Positions 10,315 to 19,378 of a DNA stretch of 64,000 bases are shown here, in pieces; positions within the stretch are counted from its first letter, which is position 1, and each line of letters opens with the position of its first letter. The DNA lies in the IMG/VR virus record IMGVR_UViG_3300033552_000001, positions 32,001-96,000 of that record; one strand, given 5' to 3'. The stretch comes from a virus. Below the pieces are notes generated by a model. It was not told the DNA's origin, made no database searches, and saw only the letters and a program-made list of their open reading frames with translations. The position numbers were made by a program, and so were the translations under genes.

Positions 10315-13241
10315 TGAAAAACAAATTAGATAAATATTTAAAAGCACAAGGAGGAGGGATTACTCAAATGGATTCTTTATTAACTGCTAATAAAGATAAA
10401 TTATTTATTGACAGAATGATTAATTCTAATAAGTATCCTGTTAGAAATAATTTAGATAAATCTCATAGCACTCATAAATTAGCTTGGGGTGAATCTGATA
10501 ATGGATATGTTGTATATCCAACAATTAATTACAAAGACAATAATTTATTTGAAGATCCAAAAGGTAAATATGCTTTTGATAATAATGATTTTATAGAATT
10601 TAAAGATCAAAAATTAGCTGAAAGATTTGCTAATGGTGAATGGAAAAATAGTAGTTTATTAAAGAATAAGAATACTTTTAAAAAACAGACTGGTGGAATT
10701 GCAAAAGATGCTTTAGGCAGAATATATAATCCTACAAGAGATCCAAATATTTACAATAGAGAGGATGGTAAAAAAATGTCTTATAATAAAGATGTTAAAA
10801 AGTTTATTCCTGTAAGACAAGAAAATACAGATTATCCTAATATAATGAATAATCTTCAAGATTTTGTCCCTAAAGAAAAAAGAAAATTAATTGATAAATA
10901 TACAACAAGAGATGATTTATCAGAAAGTGGGGCAGCCTTAAATTTATCAGCTAAAGTCCAAAATCCAGATTTATTATATGGATTAGATATAATAGGAGGA
11001 TCGCCTAACATTAAATTAACAAAAAGAAGTAGAGCTTTTAATGATGGTAATTTAAGACTCCCTGAAAAATTAGAATCTAATTGGAGTAAAACCTATTTAC
11101 AAGAATTAGCACACAGTTATCAAGAAAAAAGTGGTAATAATAATTATTTAGGAAAACCTAAACAATTTGATAATTCAAAATATACTAGTCAAAAAAAAGC
11201 AGATCTTGATTATGAAAAAACATACGATCAAAAAGGTAGTGTAGAATATCAAGCACATAATGAAATAGATAATGATTTTTCTAATATTGTTTATATAAAT
11301 AAAAATAAAGATAAAAATGTAAAAGAATATTATAATAAAATTAGAGATACAAGAAGAAAAGATATAACAAAAGAAGTATTACCTATAACTGATGAAGAAT
11401 TAGAATTACCTTTAAATTTAAATGTAGATATGTTCCCTAATGATGAATTAAGAAATAAATCTAATTATATCAAAGCAAGTAGAAAAATAGGAGAAAATTA
11501 TAAGTGGTATAACAGACCTTATAACACTATGCATCCTCTCACCAAAAAAGTTAAGTTATCTGATTTAAAGCCTCTTGATATGAAAAAAAATCAAGAAAAA
11601 TGGTATGAAAAAGAATTGTTTCAAAAAGGAGGAATTGCAAAAGACAATACTAATGTTTCTAAGAAATACATTAATCCAATTGATAAACAAAGAATTAATA
11701 ATGATTTTTTAAAATCAAAAGTTGATGCTAATAAATCTTATTTAAATCCTCAATCAAATGTTTCTCAAAGAGTTAAGGATATTGCATTACAAGAGCAAGC
11801 TAATGAAAGAATTAATTCAAGACAGGATAAGGCTAATTTATTAGGACTTGCCTTAGCTCCTGTTCCAATAGCAGGTGAAATTTATAATGGTGGTAATATG
11901 ATTGCCCAAGGAGCAGTTGATGCTTTACAAGGAGAATATGGAAATGTATTAACAAGTGCTGTTCCTTATGGAGTAAGTAAATTGGCTAAATACATGAAGC
12001 CTGCAAAATTTGCAGATAATTATGTAACACAAGAACAAGCTGTAATTGCAAGAGGAGAAAGGATGTTATCTCAAAAATCTAAATTTAGAGATCAACCAGA
12101 AGAAATTAATGAATATTTTAGAACAGCAAAAGATAGACATAATTCAGCAAGTGACCACCCAGCAGAAAAGTTAGGAGTTAATAAAGGAACAAGTACTGAA
12201 ATAAGTAAAGATGCTAATTTATCAGAATTTAATAAAGCAAGAGTAGCTTCACATGAAGTAGGTCATTATTATAGAAATGGTGCTGATGAAGCTAATGAGT
12301 GGGGAAATCTTGTTACTTTAGATCAAAGTAAAACTGGTAGATATTTAAGAGGAAAACCTATTAGAGTTCAAAATGAAAGTGGAGAAATAAAATCATTATC
12401 AAGTGGTACTTACGATGAAACTAGAGAAAGAGCTGGACAATTAAAAGATTATATTGCTAAAAAGAATGGTATTCCTTTAAATCAAGATTTTAACATAACT
12501 GAAAAACAGTTTAATAATTCATTAAAGAATTATGTAAATGATACAGGGTTAGACAATAATATGACTCCATTCATAAAGTCTATTAATGATAAAAAAGGGT
12601 TTTTAGAAATGATGAATAAATCTGCATTAGGAACTACTGTTGCTATAATTGCAAATAAAGAAATGAATAAACAACAAGGAGGGCAAGGTAATTTAATTAA
12701 TGCTGAAAGAGGTGAAGTTTATAGAGATCAATTTGGTAATATTAAAAAAGTATCTGATGATGCTCCTACTCATGATGATGGTATATTAATTCATGATGAC
12801 CAAATGAATACTCCTAAAAAAGCTTCTTATAATAATGGAGGAGTTGTATTAAATGATGCTCATTCTGTATTATCAGCTACTCATGAAAATAGAGACAGTG
12901 ATGATAAATCTTATGGATTGATTGATGAAATGATCAAACTAAAACCAAAAGAATTAGATGGGTATGCAAAACAATTAGGCCTTAAATTAAAGAATAAAAA
13001 ATCAGTTAGTCCATCAAAGGGATTTGAATTACTAAGAGATGCTAAAATAAAGCATGCTGATAAGTTATTAAATAAAAACATTAAGAATGATTATGGTGAT
13101 ATGTTTTCTAAGAATTCAACCAAATTAAATATGATTCAAGGAAATGCTTTAATTGAAGATACTGATTTATATGATATGATGTTTGATATTCAAGAAGCTA
13201 AAAAATTAAATACAAAAAGATATGGAAACTTACTTATTTAA
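10314..13241 (+). CDS. Internal cargo/ejection protein with QxGG-delimited modules and a zincin-like HExxH motif
   Basis: 975 aa with no Cys seen. Motifs KAQGG, KKQTGG, FQKGG, KQQGG; HEVGH at 12252-12266; C-terminal AERGEV...THDDG block typical of crAss-like cargo proteins. Confidence 0.65.
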   Translation: MKNKLDKYLKAQGGGITQMDSLLTANKDKLFIDRMINSNKYPVRNNLDKSHSTHKLAWGESDNGYVVYPTINYKDNNLFEDPKGKYAFDNNDFIEFKDQKLAERFANGEWKNSSLLKNKNTFKKQTGGIAKDALGRIYNPTRDPNIYNREDGKKMSYNKDVKKFIPVRQENTDYPNIMNNLQDFVPKEKRKLIDKYTTRDDLSESGAALNLSAKVQNPDLLYGLDIIGGSPNIKLTKRSRAFNDGNLRLPEKLESNWSKTYLQELAHSYQEKSGNNNYLGKPKQFDNSKYTSQKKADLDYEKTYDQKGSVEYQAHNEIDNDFSNIVYINKNKDKNVKEYYNKIRDTRRKDITKEVLPITDEELELPLNLNVDMFPNDELRNKSNYIKASRKIGENYKWYNRPYNTMHPLTKKVKLSDLKPLDMKKNQEKWYEKELFQKGGIAKDNTNVSKKYINPIDKQRINNDFLKSKVDANKSYLNPQSNVSQRVKDIALQEQANERINSRQDKANLLGLALAPVPIAGEIYNGGNMIAQGAVDALQGEYGNVLTSAVPYGVSKLAKYMKPAKFADNYVTQEQAVIARGERMLSQKSKFRDQPEEINEYFRTAKDRHNSASDHPAEKLGVNKGTSTEISKDANLSEFNKARVASHEVGHYYRNGADEANEWGNLVTLDQSKTGRYLRGKPIRVQNESGEIKSLSSGTYDETRERAGQLKDYIAKKNGIPLNQDFNITEKQFNNSLKNYVNDTGLDNNMTPFIKSINDKKGFLEMMNKSALGTTVAIIANKEMNKQQGGQGNLINAERGEVYRDQFGNIKKVSDDAPTHDDGILIHDDQMNTPKKASYNNGGVVLNDAHSVLSATHENRDSDDKSYGLIDEMIKLKPKELDGYAKQLGLKLKNKKSVSPSKGFELLRDAKIKHADKLLNKNIKNDYGDMFSKNSTKLNMIQGNALIEDTDLYDMMFDIQEAKKLNTKRYGNLLI

Positions 13242-13296
13242 ATAAATTATATTAATTTTACATTAAAATAGTAAGTATTAATAAATTTTATTAAGA

Positions 13297-14382
13297 ATGT
13301 ATAAAAGACTAAATATAAAATTATACCCAACAATAAAACAAAAAATTGTTTTAGATAATCATTTTTCTGGATATAGGTATTGTTATAATTTATGTTTATC
13401 TTACAAAATGCATCTTTGGAAATATTATAAAATAAATAAAACAGGATTTGATTTACAGACAGAATTATGCCAATTAATTAAAGAAGTTCCTTTTTTAAAT
13501 AATTGTAAAGTAGAATGTTTAAGACAAGCAGGTTTAGATGTTGAAAAAACTTATAAAAAATTCTATAAAGGAAGTGGTTTTCCTAAATTTAAATCTAAAA
13601 AAAATAAACAGTCTTTTATTGCACAACAATCTATTTTAATTAAAAAAGGTAGGTTGTCATTTTTTAAAAATTTAATTAAATTTAAAGATTCTGATAAGTA
13701 TTTTAATAAATTAAAAAGTTTAGAAATTAAACAATGTACTTTTAGTAAAGATAAAATTGGTAACTATTGGGCATCATGTCTTATAGAAGATAATGAAATA
13801 AAAATGTTACCTGTAGTTACTAATAAAATAGGATTTGATTTAGGGATTAAAGATTTTTTAATTACATCAAATAGTGAGTTTATACCTAATAATAAATTTA
13901 GTATCAAGAAACAATATAAACTTAGAAAGTTACAAAGAAAATTTAGTAAAACTAAAAAACATGGGAAAAACAGAGAAAAGCTTAGAATTAAAATAGCAAA
14001 ATTATTTCAAAAAATAACTAATCAAAAACAACACTTTTTTCACCAAGTTTCTAATAAATTAATAAGAGAAAATCAATCTATTAATTGTGAAACTTTAAAA
14101 GTAGAAAATATGATTAAAAACAGAAAATTAAGTAAATCAATTCAAGATGTTTCTTGGAGTAGTTTTATTTCAGTATTAGAATATAAATGTATTTGGTATA
14201 ATAAAGAATTAATTAGAATTCCTGCTTTTTATCCGAGTTCAAAATTATGTAGTAGTTGTGGAAATAAAAAAGATGATTTAAAACTTTCTGATAGAATATA
14301 TAATTGTAGTTGTGGAATATCTTTGAATAGAGATTTAAATGCTGCTATAAATATAAGAGATTATAAGGACAAATGTGCCTGA
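13297..14382 (+). CDS. tnpB: IS200/IS605-family RNA-guided endonuclease TnpB
   Basis: N-terminal HTH (KLYPTIKQK), RuvC-I GFDLGIK, RuvC-II CETL, Zn finger CSSCG...CSCG, RuvC-III RDLNAAINI; catalytic D/E/D appear intact. Confidence 0.95.
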   Translation: MYKRLNIKLYPTIKQKIVLDNHFSGYRYCYNLCLSYKMHLWKYYKINKTGFDLQTELCQLIKEVPFLNNCKVECLRQAGLDVEKTYKKFYKGSGFPKFKSKKNKQSFIAQQSILIKKGRLSFFKNLIKFKDSDKYFNKLKSLEIKQCTFSKDKIGNYWASCLIEDNEIKMLPVVTNKIGFDLGIKDFLITSNSEFIPNNKFSIKKQYKLRKLQRKFSKTKKHGKNREKLRIKIAKLFQKITNQKQHFFHQVSNKLIRENQSINCETLKVENMIKNRKLSKSIQDVSWSSFISVLEYKCIWYNKELIRIPAFYPSSKLCSSCGNKKDDLKLSDRIYNCSCGISLNRDLNAAINIRDYKDKCA

Positions 14383-14470
14383 ATTTAAGTCTGCGGAGAA
14401 CAAGTCATTAGACATTCTATGAAGCAGAAATTAAAAGTTTAATAATATTTAAAAATTTAAACAAATAAAA
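14370..14470 (+). ncRNA. Putative TnpB omega-RNA (reRNA) 3' scaffold
   Basis: Nested stem after the stop codon: tctgc(14390-14394)/gcaga(14424-14428), agaa/ttct, gtc-atta-gac; second stem gtttaa(14437-14442)/ttaaac(14457-14462). Position matches known omega-RNAs. Confidence 0.55.
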
Positions 14471-14472
14471 CA

Positions 14473-14658
14473 TTGGAAACTTATCAATATAATATAGCAA
14501 TTAGCCCTTCTAGCTTGTTTACATCAAATGAGGAATTAATGCAATTTATTAATATACCAGCAACAAAGAAAGATTTATGTTGTTTTTTAGAAGTATGTGA
14601 AAAAGAAGAATTGTATGAATATTGCTTATTAATTAATAATAAAATAAAAGAAATATAA
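14473..14658 (+). CDS. Small hypothetical protein (TTG start)
   Basis: 61 aa preceded by the A-rich leader acaaataaaaca used by other genes here; helical C-terminus EKEELYEYCLLI. Confidence 0.5.
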   Translation: METYQYNIAISPSSLFTSNEELMQFINIPATKKDLCCFLEVCEKEELYEYCLLINNKIKEI

Positions 14659-14664
14659 TATATT

Positions 14665-17253
14665 ATGAAACTAAATAAATTAGGAGTTCCCAATAATTTG
14701 TGGAATAACATCAGAGCAAATAAAGGTAGTGGTAGAAAACCAACTGCTGAAATGCTTAAACAAGAAAGAAAAATAAATAATAAACAAACTGGTGGTGATA
14801 ATCAATTGATGGAATTGTTTAATCAATTTGCCTCTTCAATTCAAGATGATAATTTTAACTCTGGTGAAGATGTTTACAATGAATATATTAAATTAGCTCC
14901 ACAAGAGCAAGAACAATTTATTCAAAGTATTCAACAACAAAGTAGTCAACAAGCTCCTCAAGAAGAAATGCAGGAAGAAACTGCTATGATGCAAAGAGGT
15001 GGTACTAATGCTGTTAGAAAGTATCAAGAGATGCTTAATAAAAAGTATGGAACTAATTTAAAAGTAGATGGTATATGGGGAAAACACACTCAATCTGTTT
15101 ATGAAAATAGTAATTTAAAAAGTTTAAAATCTAAAGATATTACCATTGGTGATAGTAAACCAATTGAAAGTTCTTATGAATTTCCAAGAGCTACAAATAC
15201 AGTTAACTTATTAAAAGGAAAAAATATAAACTTTGATAGACCTCAAGATGCTACAGGATATAGTAATATAAATGATTGGGCAGCACATTTTGATAAGCAA
15301 ACAGATTCATTGAATAGTTATTCTAATAGAGTTAAACCTTTCAAAAAGTATGCAACTAAATCTATGGAGAGAAGAGCTATGATGACTCCTCAAGAAGAGT
15401 CTGATTGGTTGGATAGTGGAGGTGTTGGAATAAGAGGAAGTGCTATGGAAAATAGACCTTGGACTTCACAAAATGAAGCAGACTTTAGAGCTAATAAAAT
15501 AAATAGATCAGGAGAAAAAGTTACTCCAGAAGAAGTGCAACAAGCTTTTAATAATGCAGGAGCAGGTCTTACACAAGAAAAAATGGATTATATATTACAA
15601 GAAAGAAATAAAGAACGTAAAGCAAGTGATATTCCAAGTTATTGGAAAGATGAAGATCATGATGAACAAATTAGAAAAAAGTATGGACAACCTATTAAAA
15701 AACAAACAGGTGGAATACCAACTAATAAAAATGGATATTATGAATTAGATCCAGAAGAAAATCCTATTGCAAGAATACCAAGCAATAATATTACTATGAA
15801 AAATATTCCATATAAAATTAAAGCTGTTGGTGGTACTACTGGTAGAGATTATGGATATATGCAACCAGAAGGTGAATATCAATTTGATGATGAAGAATTT
15901 ATGTATGAAATACCAAAAGCTCAAAAAGGGGTTAATTTAAATGATATAACTAAAAAAAGAAATAGTGAATCACTAAATTCTAAACAGTATCAAGACTATT
16001 TAAAAAATCTTGAAAATGAAAAAAATTCTAAGTTTTTACAAGATTCAGCAAATGCTATTAAATATGGGAATACAAAAGGTATTTTAAACAATGATTATTT
16101 TTTGACAGGAGATAATACAAAAACTCCATTTCAAAGAAGAATTCAATCAGAAAATCCCAATTCAATTGCAAGAAGAAATGATAGAAAAGCTAGAATGGAA
16201 CAATCAACAGAAATTGTTCCTGGTAAACTTCCTTATAAAACAAAAAGTGGTAATGTTGTTTCTAAAAAAACTATTGCTAAATATTCTCCTGATCAAACAG
16301 ACCAATATTATGCTAATCAATATGATAGTAAAAAATTTAATAAACAATTTACATCACAAGAATTAGATGCTCAATATCTTCAATCATTAGAATCACAAAA
16401 AGAATTGGCTAAAATAGAAACACCTGTTGGTAATAAATATCCAGATTTTGTTGCACCAAATAATGTTGGACAAACAAAAAATGATTTTAGAAAAGGTAAA
16501 TCAATTACAATGGATTTTGATAATCCAGCAGAAGGACAAGCAATTGCTTATGAAAAATTTAAAAACAGTCAATCATTATCTCCTTATAAACAAACTGTTA
16601 AATTAGAATCACCAGGTTTATATCAAGAGAATGAAGCAGCTTATTTAGCTAATGTAAGAGAGAGTAGAAATTCAGCATTGCAAAATATGAATCCTAATTC
16701 AACCATAGGGCAATCAGCAATGTCTAATGTTTACTCACAGAGCTTAAATCAAGAAAATGATGCTATTGGTCAAGTATTTAAAAACAATGCTCAAAACAGC
16801 ACTAATTACTTGAATCAAAGAAGTGCTATGAATAATCAACAGCAACAAATGAATAATCAATATAATGATAAATATTACAATGATGTATCTCAAATAGAAG
16901 CTGTTAAAAATCAGAATGATATTAATTATATGAATCAAATATCACAGATGAATGCAAAGAGGTTACAAGCTAAAAATAGATTTTTAGGAACAGCAATTGA
17001 AACTGGTTTGGGTGATGCTTTGGATATAGATGATAATAGTGTTACATTTGATGTAAGTAAGATAGGAGCAAGAATTAATGGAGGTAGTAAAAAAGAAAGT
17101 GTTCCTAATACTAATAAACTAAATGTTAAAATGATTGATGGTGTACCTTACCATACTTATATTGATGAGAATGGTAAACCACAAGCAATTCCTGTTAATG
17201 TAAATAAAGCACAATTTGGTGGAATGGGTAAATACAGAATGAAATTAAAATAA
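14665..17253 (+). CDS. Internal cargo/ejection protein with QxGG-delimited modules
   Basis: 862 aa, no Cys seen, Gln/Asn-rich C-terminal coiled region; motifs KQTGG, MQRGG, KKQTGG, KAQKG, KAQFGG; IPSNNITMK...MQPEGEYQF module. Confidence 0.65.
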   Translation: MKLNKLGVPNNLWNNIRANKGSGRKPTAEMLKQERKINNKQTGGDNQLMELFNQFASSIQDDNFNSGEDVYNEYIKLAPQEQEQFIQSIQQQSSQQAPQEEMQEETAMMQRGGTNAVRKYQEMLNKKYGTNLKVDGIWGKHTQSVYENSNLKSLKSKDITIGDSKPIESSYEFPRATNTVNLLKGKNINFDRPQDATGYSNINDWAAHFDKQTDSLNSYSNRVKPFKKYATKSMERRAMMTPQEESDWLDSGGVGIRGSAMENRPWTSQNEADFRANKINRSGEKVTPEEVQQAFNNAGAGLTQEKMDYILQERNKERKASDIPSYWKDEDHDEQIRKKYGQPIKKQTGGIPTNKNGYYELDPEENPIARIPSNNITMKNIPYKIKAVGGTTGRDYGYMQPEGEYQFDDEEFMYEIPKAQKGVNLNDITKKRNSESLNSKQYQDYLKNLENEKNSKFLQDSANAIKYGNTKGILNNDYFLTGDNTKTPFQRRIQSENPNSIARRNDRKARMEQSTEIVPGKLPYKTKSGNVVSKKTIAKYSPDQTDQYYANQYDSKKFNKQFTSQELDAQYLQSLESQKELAKIETPVGNKYPDFVAPNNVGQTKNDFRKGKSITMDFDNPAEGQAIAYEKFKNSQSLSPYKQTVKLESPGLYQENEAAYLANVRESRNSALQNMNPNSTIGQSAMSNVYSQSLNQENDAIGQVFKNNAQNSTNYLNQRSAMNNQQQQMNNQYNDKYYNDVSQIEAVKNQNDINYMNQISQMNAKRLQAKNRFLGTAIETGLGDALDIDDNSVTFDVSKIGARINGGSKKESVPNTNKLNVKMIDGVPYHTYIDENGKPQAIPVNVNKAQFGGMGKYRMKLK

Positions 17254-17322
17254 AAAACCAATGAATAAAATCCATTGGCTTTCCTCAAAACAAACAATCA
17301 TGTTCATAAAATTAAAAACAAA

Positions 17323-17619
17323 ATGGATAATAAAAGAATATTGCATATAGGAATTGGTATTGTTATAGCTATTTTCCTATACTTTTTGTATTACTCTATA
17401 AAGATGGAGAATATAAATAACAAAATAGTAAAAGAAACTATTGAACAATTTGAAATTAAAAAAGAAATTGACAGTTTAAGAATATTAAATAACTATTTAG
17501 AAACATTAAATAAAAAAGATGGAACAGCAATCAATTACATTAAAAAGAATATTGTTAAAAATGATAGTATTATCAATACTCTTACTTTGCAACAATTACA
17601 AAAGCTATTGTCTAAATGA
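17323..17619 (+). CDS. Membrane-anchored coiled-coil protein, possible i-spanin
   Basis: Likely start ATG 17323 (MDNKR); TM segment ILHIGIGIVIAIFLYFLYY followed by coiled coil; overlaps next gene. Confidence 0.5.
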   Translation: MDNKRILHIGIGIVIAIFLYFLYYSIKMENINNKIVKETIEQFEIKKEIDSLRILNNYLETLNKKDGTAINYIKKNIVKNDSIINTLTLQQLQKLLSK

Positions 17620-17956
17620 AATAAAAGCTGATACTTCTATTATAATGAAATATAGAAATACAGAAGGAATATTCTTTGATAAAGAAGCTGTTATTAGAAT
17701 TACTAAGAAAACAGCATTAGCTGATAGTTTAGCATTGGTTAATAAATTCAATGAATTAATAACTAAAAGACAAGAAGAACAACTGCTTAATTGTAAAGAA
17801 GTTGAAACTAAGTTTGATGAATATACTCTTAGTGTAAAAAAAGAAAAAGAGGAATTGAATAGAAAGTTTAATTTAAAAATAGCTGGAAAAAATGTATTAA
17901 TTGGAATGTTTACCACTGCAACTACAATTCTTGGAGTTTTATATTTTTTGAAATAG
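17519..17956 (+). CDS. Exported/membrane protein with N-terminal signal and C-terminal TM helix, possible spanin
   Basis: KRILLKMIVLSILLLC signal-like N-terminus, coiled middle, C-terminal VLIGMFTTATTILGVLYFL. Confidence 0.45.
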   Translation: MEQQSITLKRILLKMIVLSILLLCNNYKSYCLNEIKADTSIIMKYRNTEGIFFDKEAVIRITKKTALADSLALVNKFNELITKRQEEQLLNCKEVETKFDEYTLSVKKEKEELNRKFNLKIAGKNVLIGMFTTATTILGVLYFLK

Positions 17957-17974
17957 GGTTTAAATATTATAACA

Positions 17975-18178
17975 ATGGAAGAAAATAAAATATACAATAT
18001 TAAAGGACAAGACTATATTGAAAATGGTAAATTGTTTAATAGAAAAATAATTATAGATAAGTTAAATGGATTTGGAAATAATTATCATTCAGTAACTTAT
18101 TTAAATAAAGATGATTCTATTAACTATAATACAAGAAAATGTATTTTAAATATAGAAAGAATTATTTTGCCTTTATAA
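17975..18178 (+). CDS. Small hypothetical protein
   Basis: 67-aa ORF with A-rich leader (ataacaATG). Confidence 0.55.
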   Translation: MEENKIYNIKGQDYIENGKLFNRKIIIDKLNGFGNNYHSVTYLNKDDSINYNTRKCILNIERIILPL

Positions 18179-18222
18179 AAATTTACATTACATTTGTCTT
18201 AATATTAACTTGGTCAACTAAT

Positions 18223-18295
18223 AACAGAATAGTGTAAAGAAAGCACCTTAGTTTGTACTAGGAAGTTTGGAATGTGAAAAGAGTCCAATTCTGTA
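18223..18295 (+). ncRNA. tRNA-like cloverleaf (degenerate tRNA or structured ncRNA)
   Basis: Closing stem acagaa/ttctgt, D-arm-like tagtgtaa...agcac, middle arm cttag-tttgta-ctagg, third arm ttgga...tccaa; loops are non-canonical. Confidence 0.35.
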
Positions 18296-18339
18296 TTTTA
18301 TTGTTTAATTTTTTTATTTTTTATTTTTAAGATATTTAC

Positions 18340-18372
18340 AAAACCTTCTATATATTATAGAGGGTTTTTTGT
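18340..18372 (+). terminator. Intrinsic terminator
   Basis: aaaaccttctata-tat-tatagagggtttt hairpin followed by a T tract. Confidence 0.75.
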
Positions 18373-18455
18373 TGTGTTATAATTTATAAAATCGTTTATA
18401 ACCTTTTTTATAATTCATTAATGTTTTACCTATTATAATTAATTTATTTAAGGAG

Positions 18456-18486
18456 TTGCAAAATTACAATTCCTTTTGTATATTTG
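18456..18486 (+). promoter_or_regulatory. Bacteroidota housekeeping-sigma promoter for the BRO gene
   Basis: TTG (18456-18458), 20-nt spacer, TATATTTG (18479-18486) fits TTG-N19/21-TAnnTTTG; the -33 box is overlapped by inverted repeat aaggagttg/caattcctt. Confidence 0.7.
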
Positions 18487-18521
18487 TATTATTAAAATTA
18501 AAACAATATAAATAAAACAAA

Positions 18522-19235
18522 ATGATAAAATTATTTGAATTTCAAAAAAAAGAAATTAGAACAGAAAATATTGATGGTAAATTATGGTTTAGTGGTGCTG
18601 ATGTATTTTCAGTATTAGGGCTTGCATGGAGAGGTGTTAGTTCTTTAAATAGAGATAGACAAATAACTGATAATCATATACTTAAAAAGGGTATCGGGAC
18701 TAACGGTGGTATACAAGAGTTGATTTTTATTGATGAACAAGCTCTTTATAAAATTACTTTTAGAGCTAATAAATCAGAATTGGCAGATGAATTTACAGAT
18801 TGGGTTGCAGAATTACTTGTAAAAATTAGAGAGTCTGTTAGCTTAGATAATACTAATGATTTAAGAAAGCATTTAAACATTACAGTTCAAAAAGATTTTA
18901 GTAATAAAATAAATGCTTTAAATTTTGAAAATGGAGGTGTAACTAAAACAATTGATTATAATGTTAAAAATTGTCAATTACATACAAATCAAAAACCATA
19001 TCAGATTGTCCAGATGGGTAAAGACTTAGGTTTAAAATCAAAACAAACTACTTCTGCAAAAGAAGTAATTAGAGCATTAAAACCTGAACTTGCTTGTAGT
19101 ATGAGTTTTACAGATAAGTTAGTGTCTGAAAATGGTGTTGAACATAATGAAGCAGCAAGAATCTCTATTAATTTTGCACAGCCTTTGTTTGGAGAGTTAA
19201 TACAATTAGGATTTAATCAAAGAAATTTAGAATAA
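18522..19235 (+). CDS. BRO-N domain (antirepressor-like) protein
   Basis: IRTENIDGKLWFSGADVFSVLG...LIFIDEQALYKITFRANK...EFTDWVAE is the BRO-N signature. Confidence 0.85.
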   Translation: MIKLFEFQKKEIRTENIDGKLWFSGADVFSVLGLAWRGVSSLNRDRQITDNHILKKGIGTNGGIQELIFIDEQALYKITFRANKSELADEFTDWVAELLVKIRESVSLDNTNDLRKHLNITVQKDFSNKINALNFENGGVTKTIDYNVKNCQLHTNQKPYQIVQMGKDLGLKSKQTTSAKEVIRALKPELACSMSFTDKLVSENGVEHNEAARISINFAQPLFGELIQLGFNQRNLE

Positions 19236-19243
19236 ATAATATT

Positions 19244-19274
19244 AAAGGTTAAGATTAATTTCTTAACCTTTTTT
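19244..19274 (+). terminator. Intrinsic terminator
   Basis: aaaggttaaga-ttaatt-tcttaaccttt plus T tract. Confidence 0.8.
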
Positions 19275-19378
19275 GTTGTATAACTATAATTTATTAAAAT
19301 TTGTATTATAACATATAATTATTGACTTTTGCATTATAATATATAATAAAAATTAGTTAATGTATATAATTAAATAAA

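Larger units (their letters stand above)
13242..14470 (+). mobile_element. Non-autonomous tnpB-only (IS1341-like) element; ends approximate
   Basis: tnpB with no tnpA anywhere in the window, inserted between two cargo genes, with a structured 3' region; exact ends not resolvable by eye. Confidence 0.55.

Noticed and set aside
13223-14483. 10-bp repeat tggaaactta on both sides of tnpB (13223-13232 and 14474-14483) as a target-site duplication
   Set aside because: IS200/IS605 elements do not make target duplications, both copies lie inside neighbouring ORFs, and a 10-mer match is plausible by chance in this AT-rich DNA.
18223-18295. Calling this a functional canonical tRNA (Tyr-GTA or Gln-TTG)
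   Set aside because: No register gives a 5-bp stem with a 7-nt anticodon loop, the T loop lacks TTC, and there is no CCA; kept only as tRNA-like.
19322-19347. E. coli-type sigma70 promoter TTGACT...TATAAT
   Set aside because: Spacers are 7 and 14 nt, not about 17, and the inferred Bacteroidota host uses a different consensus.
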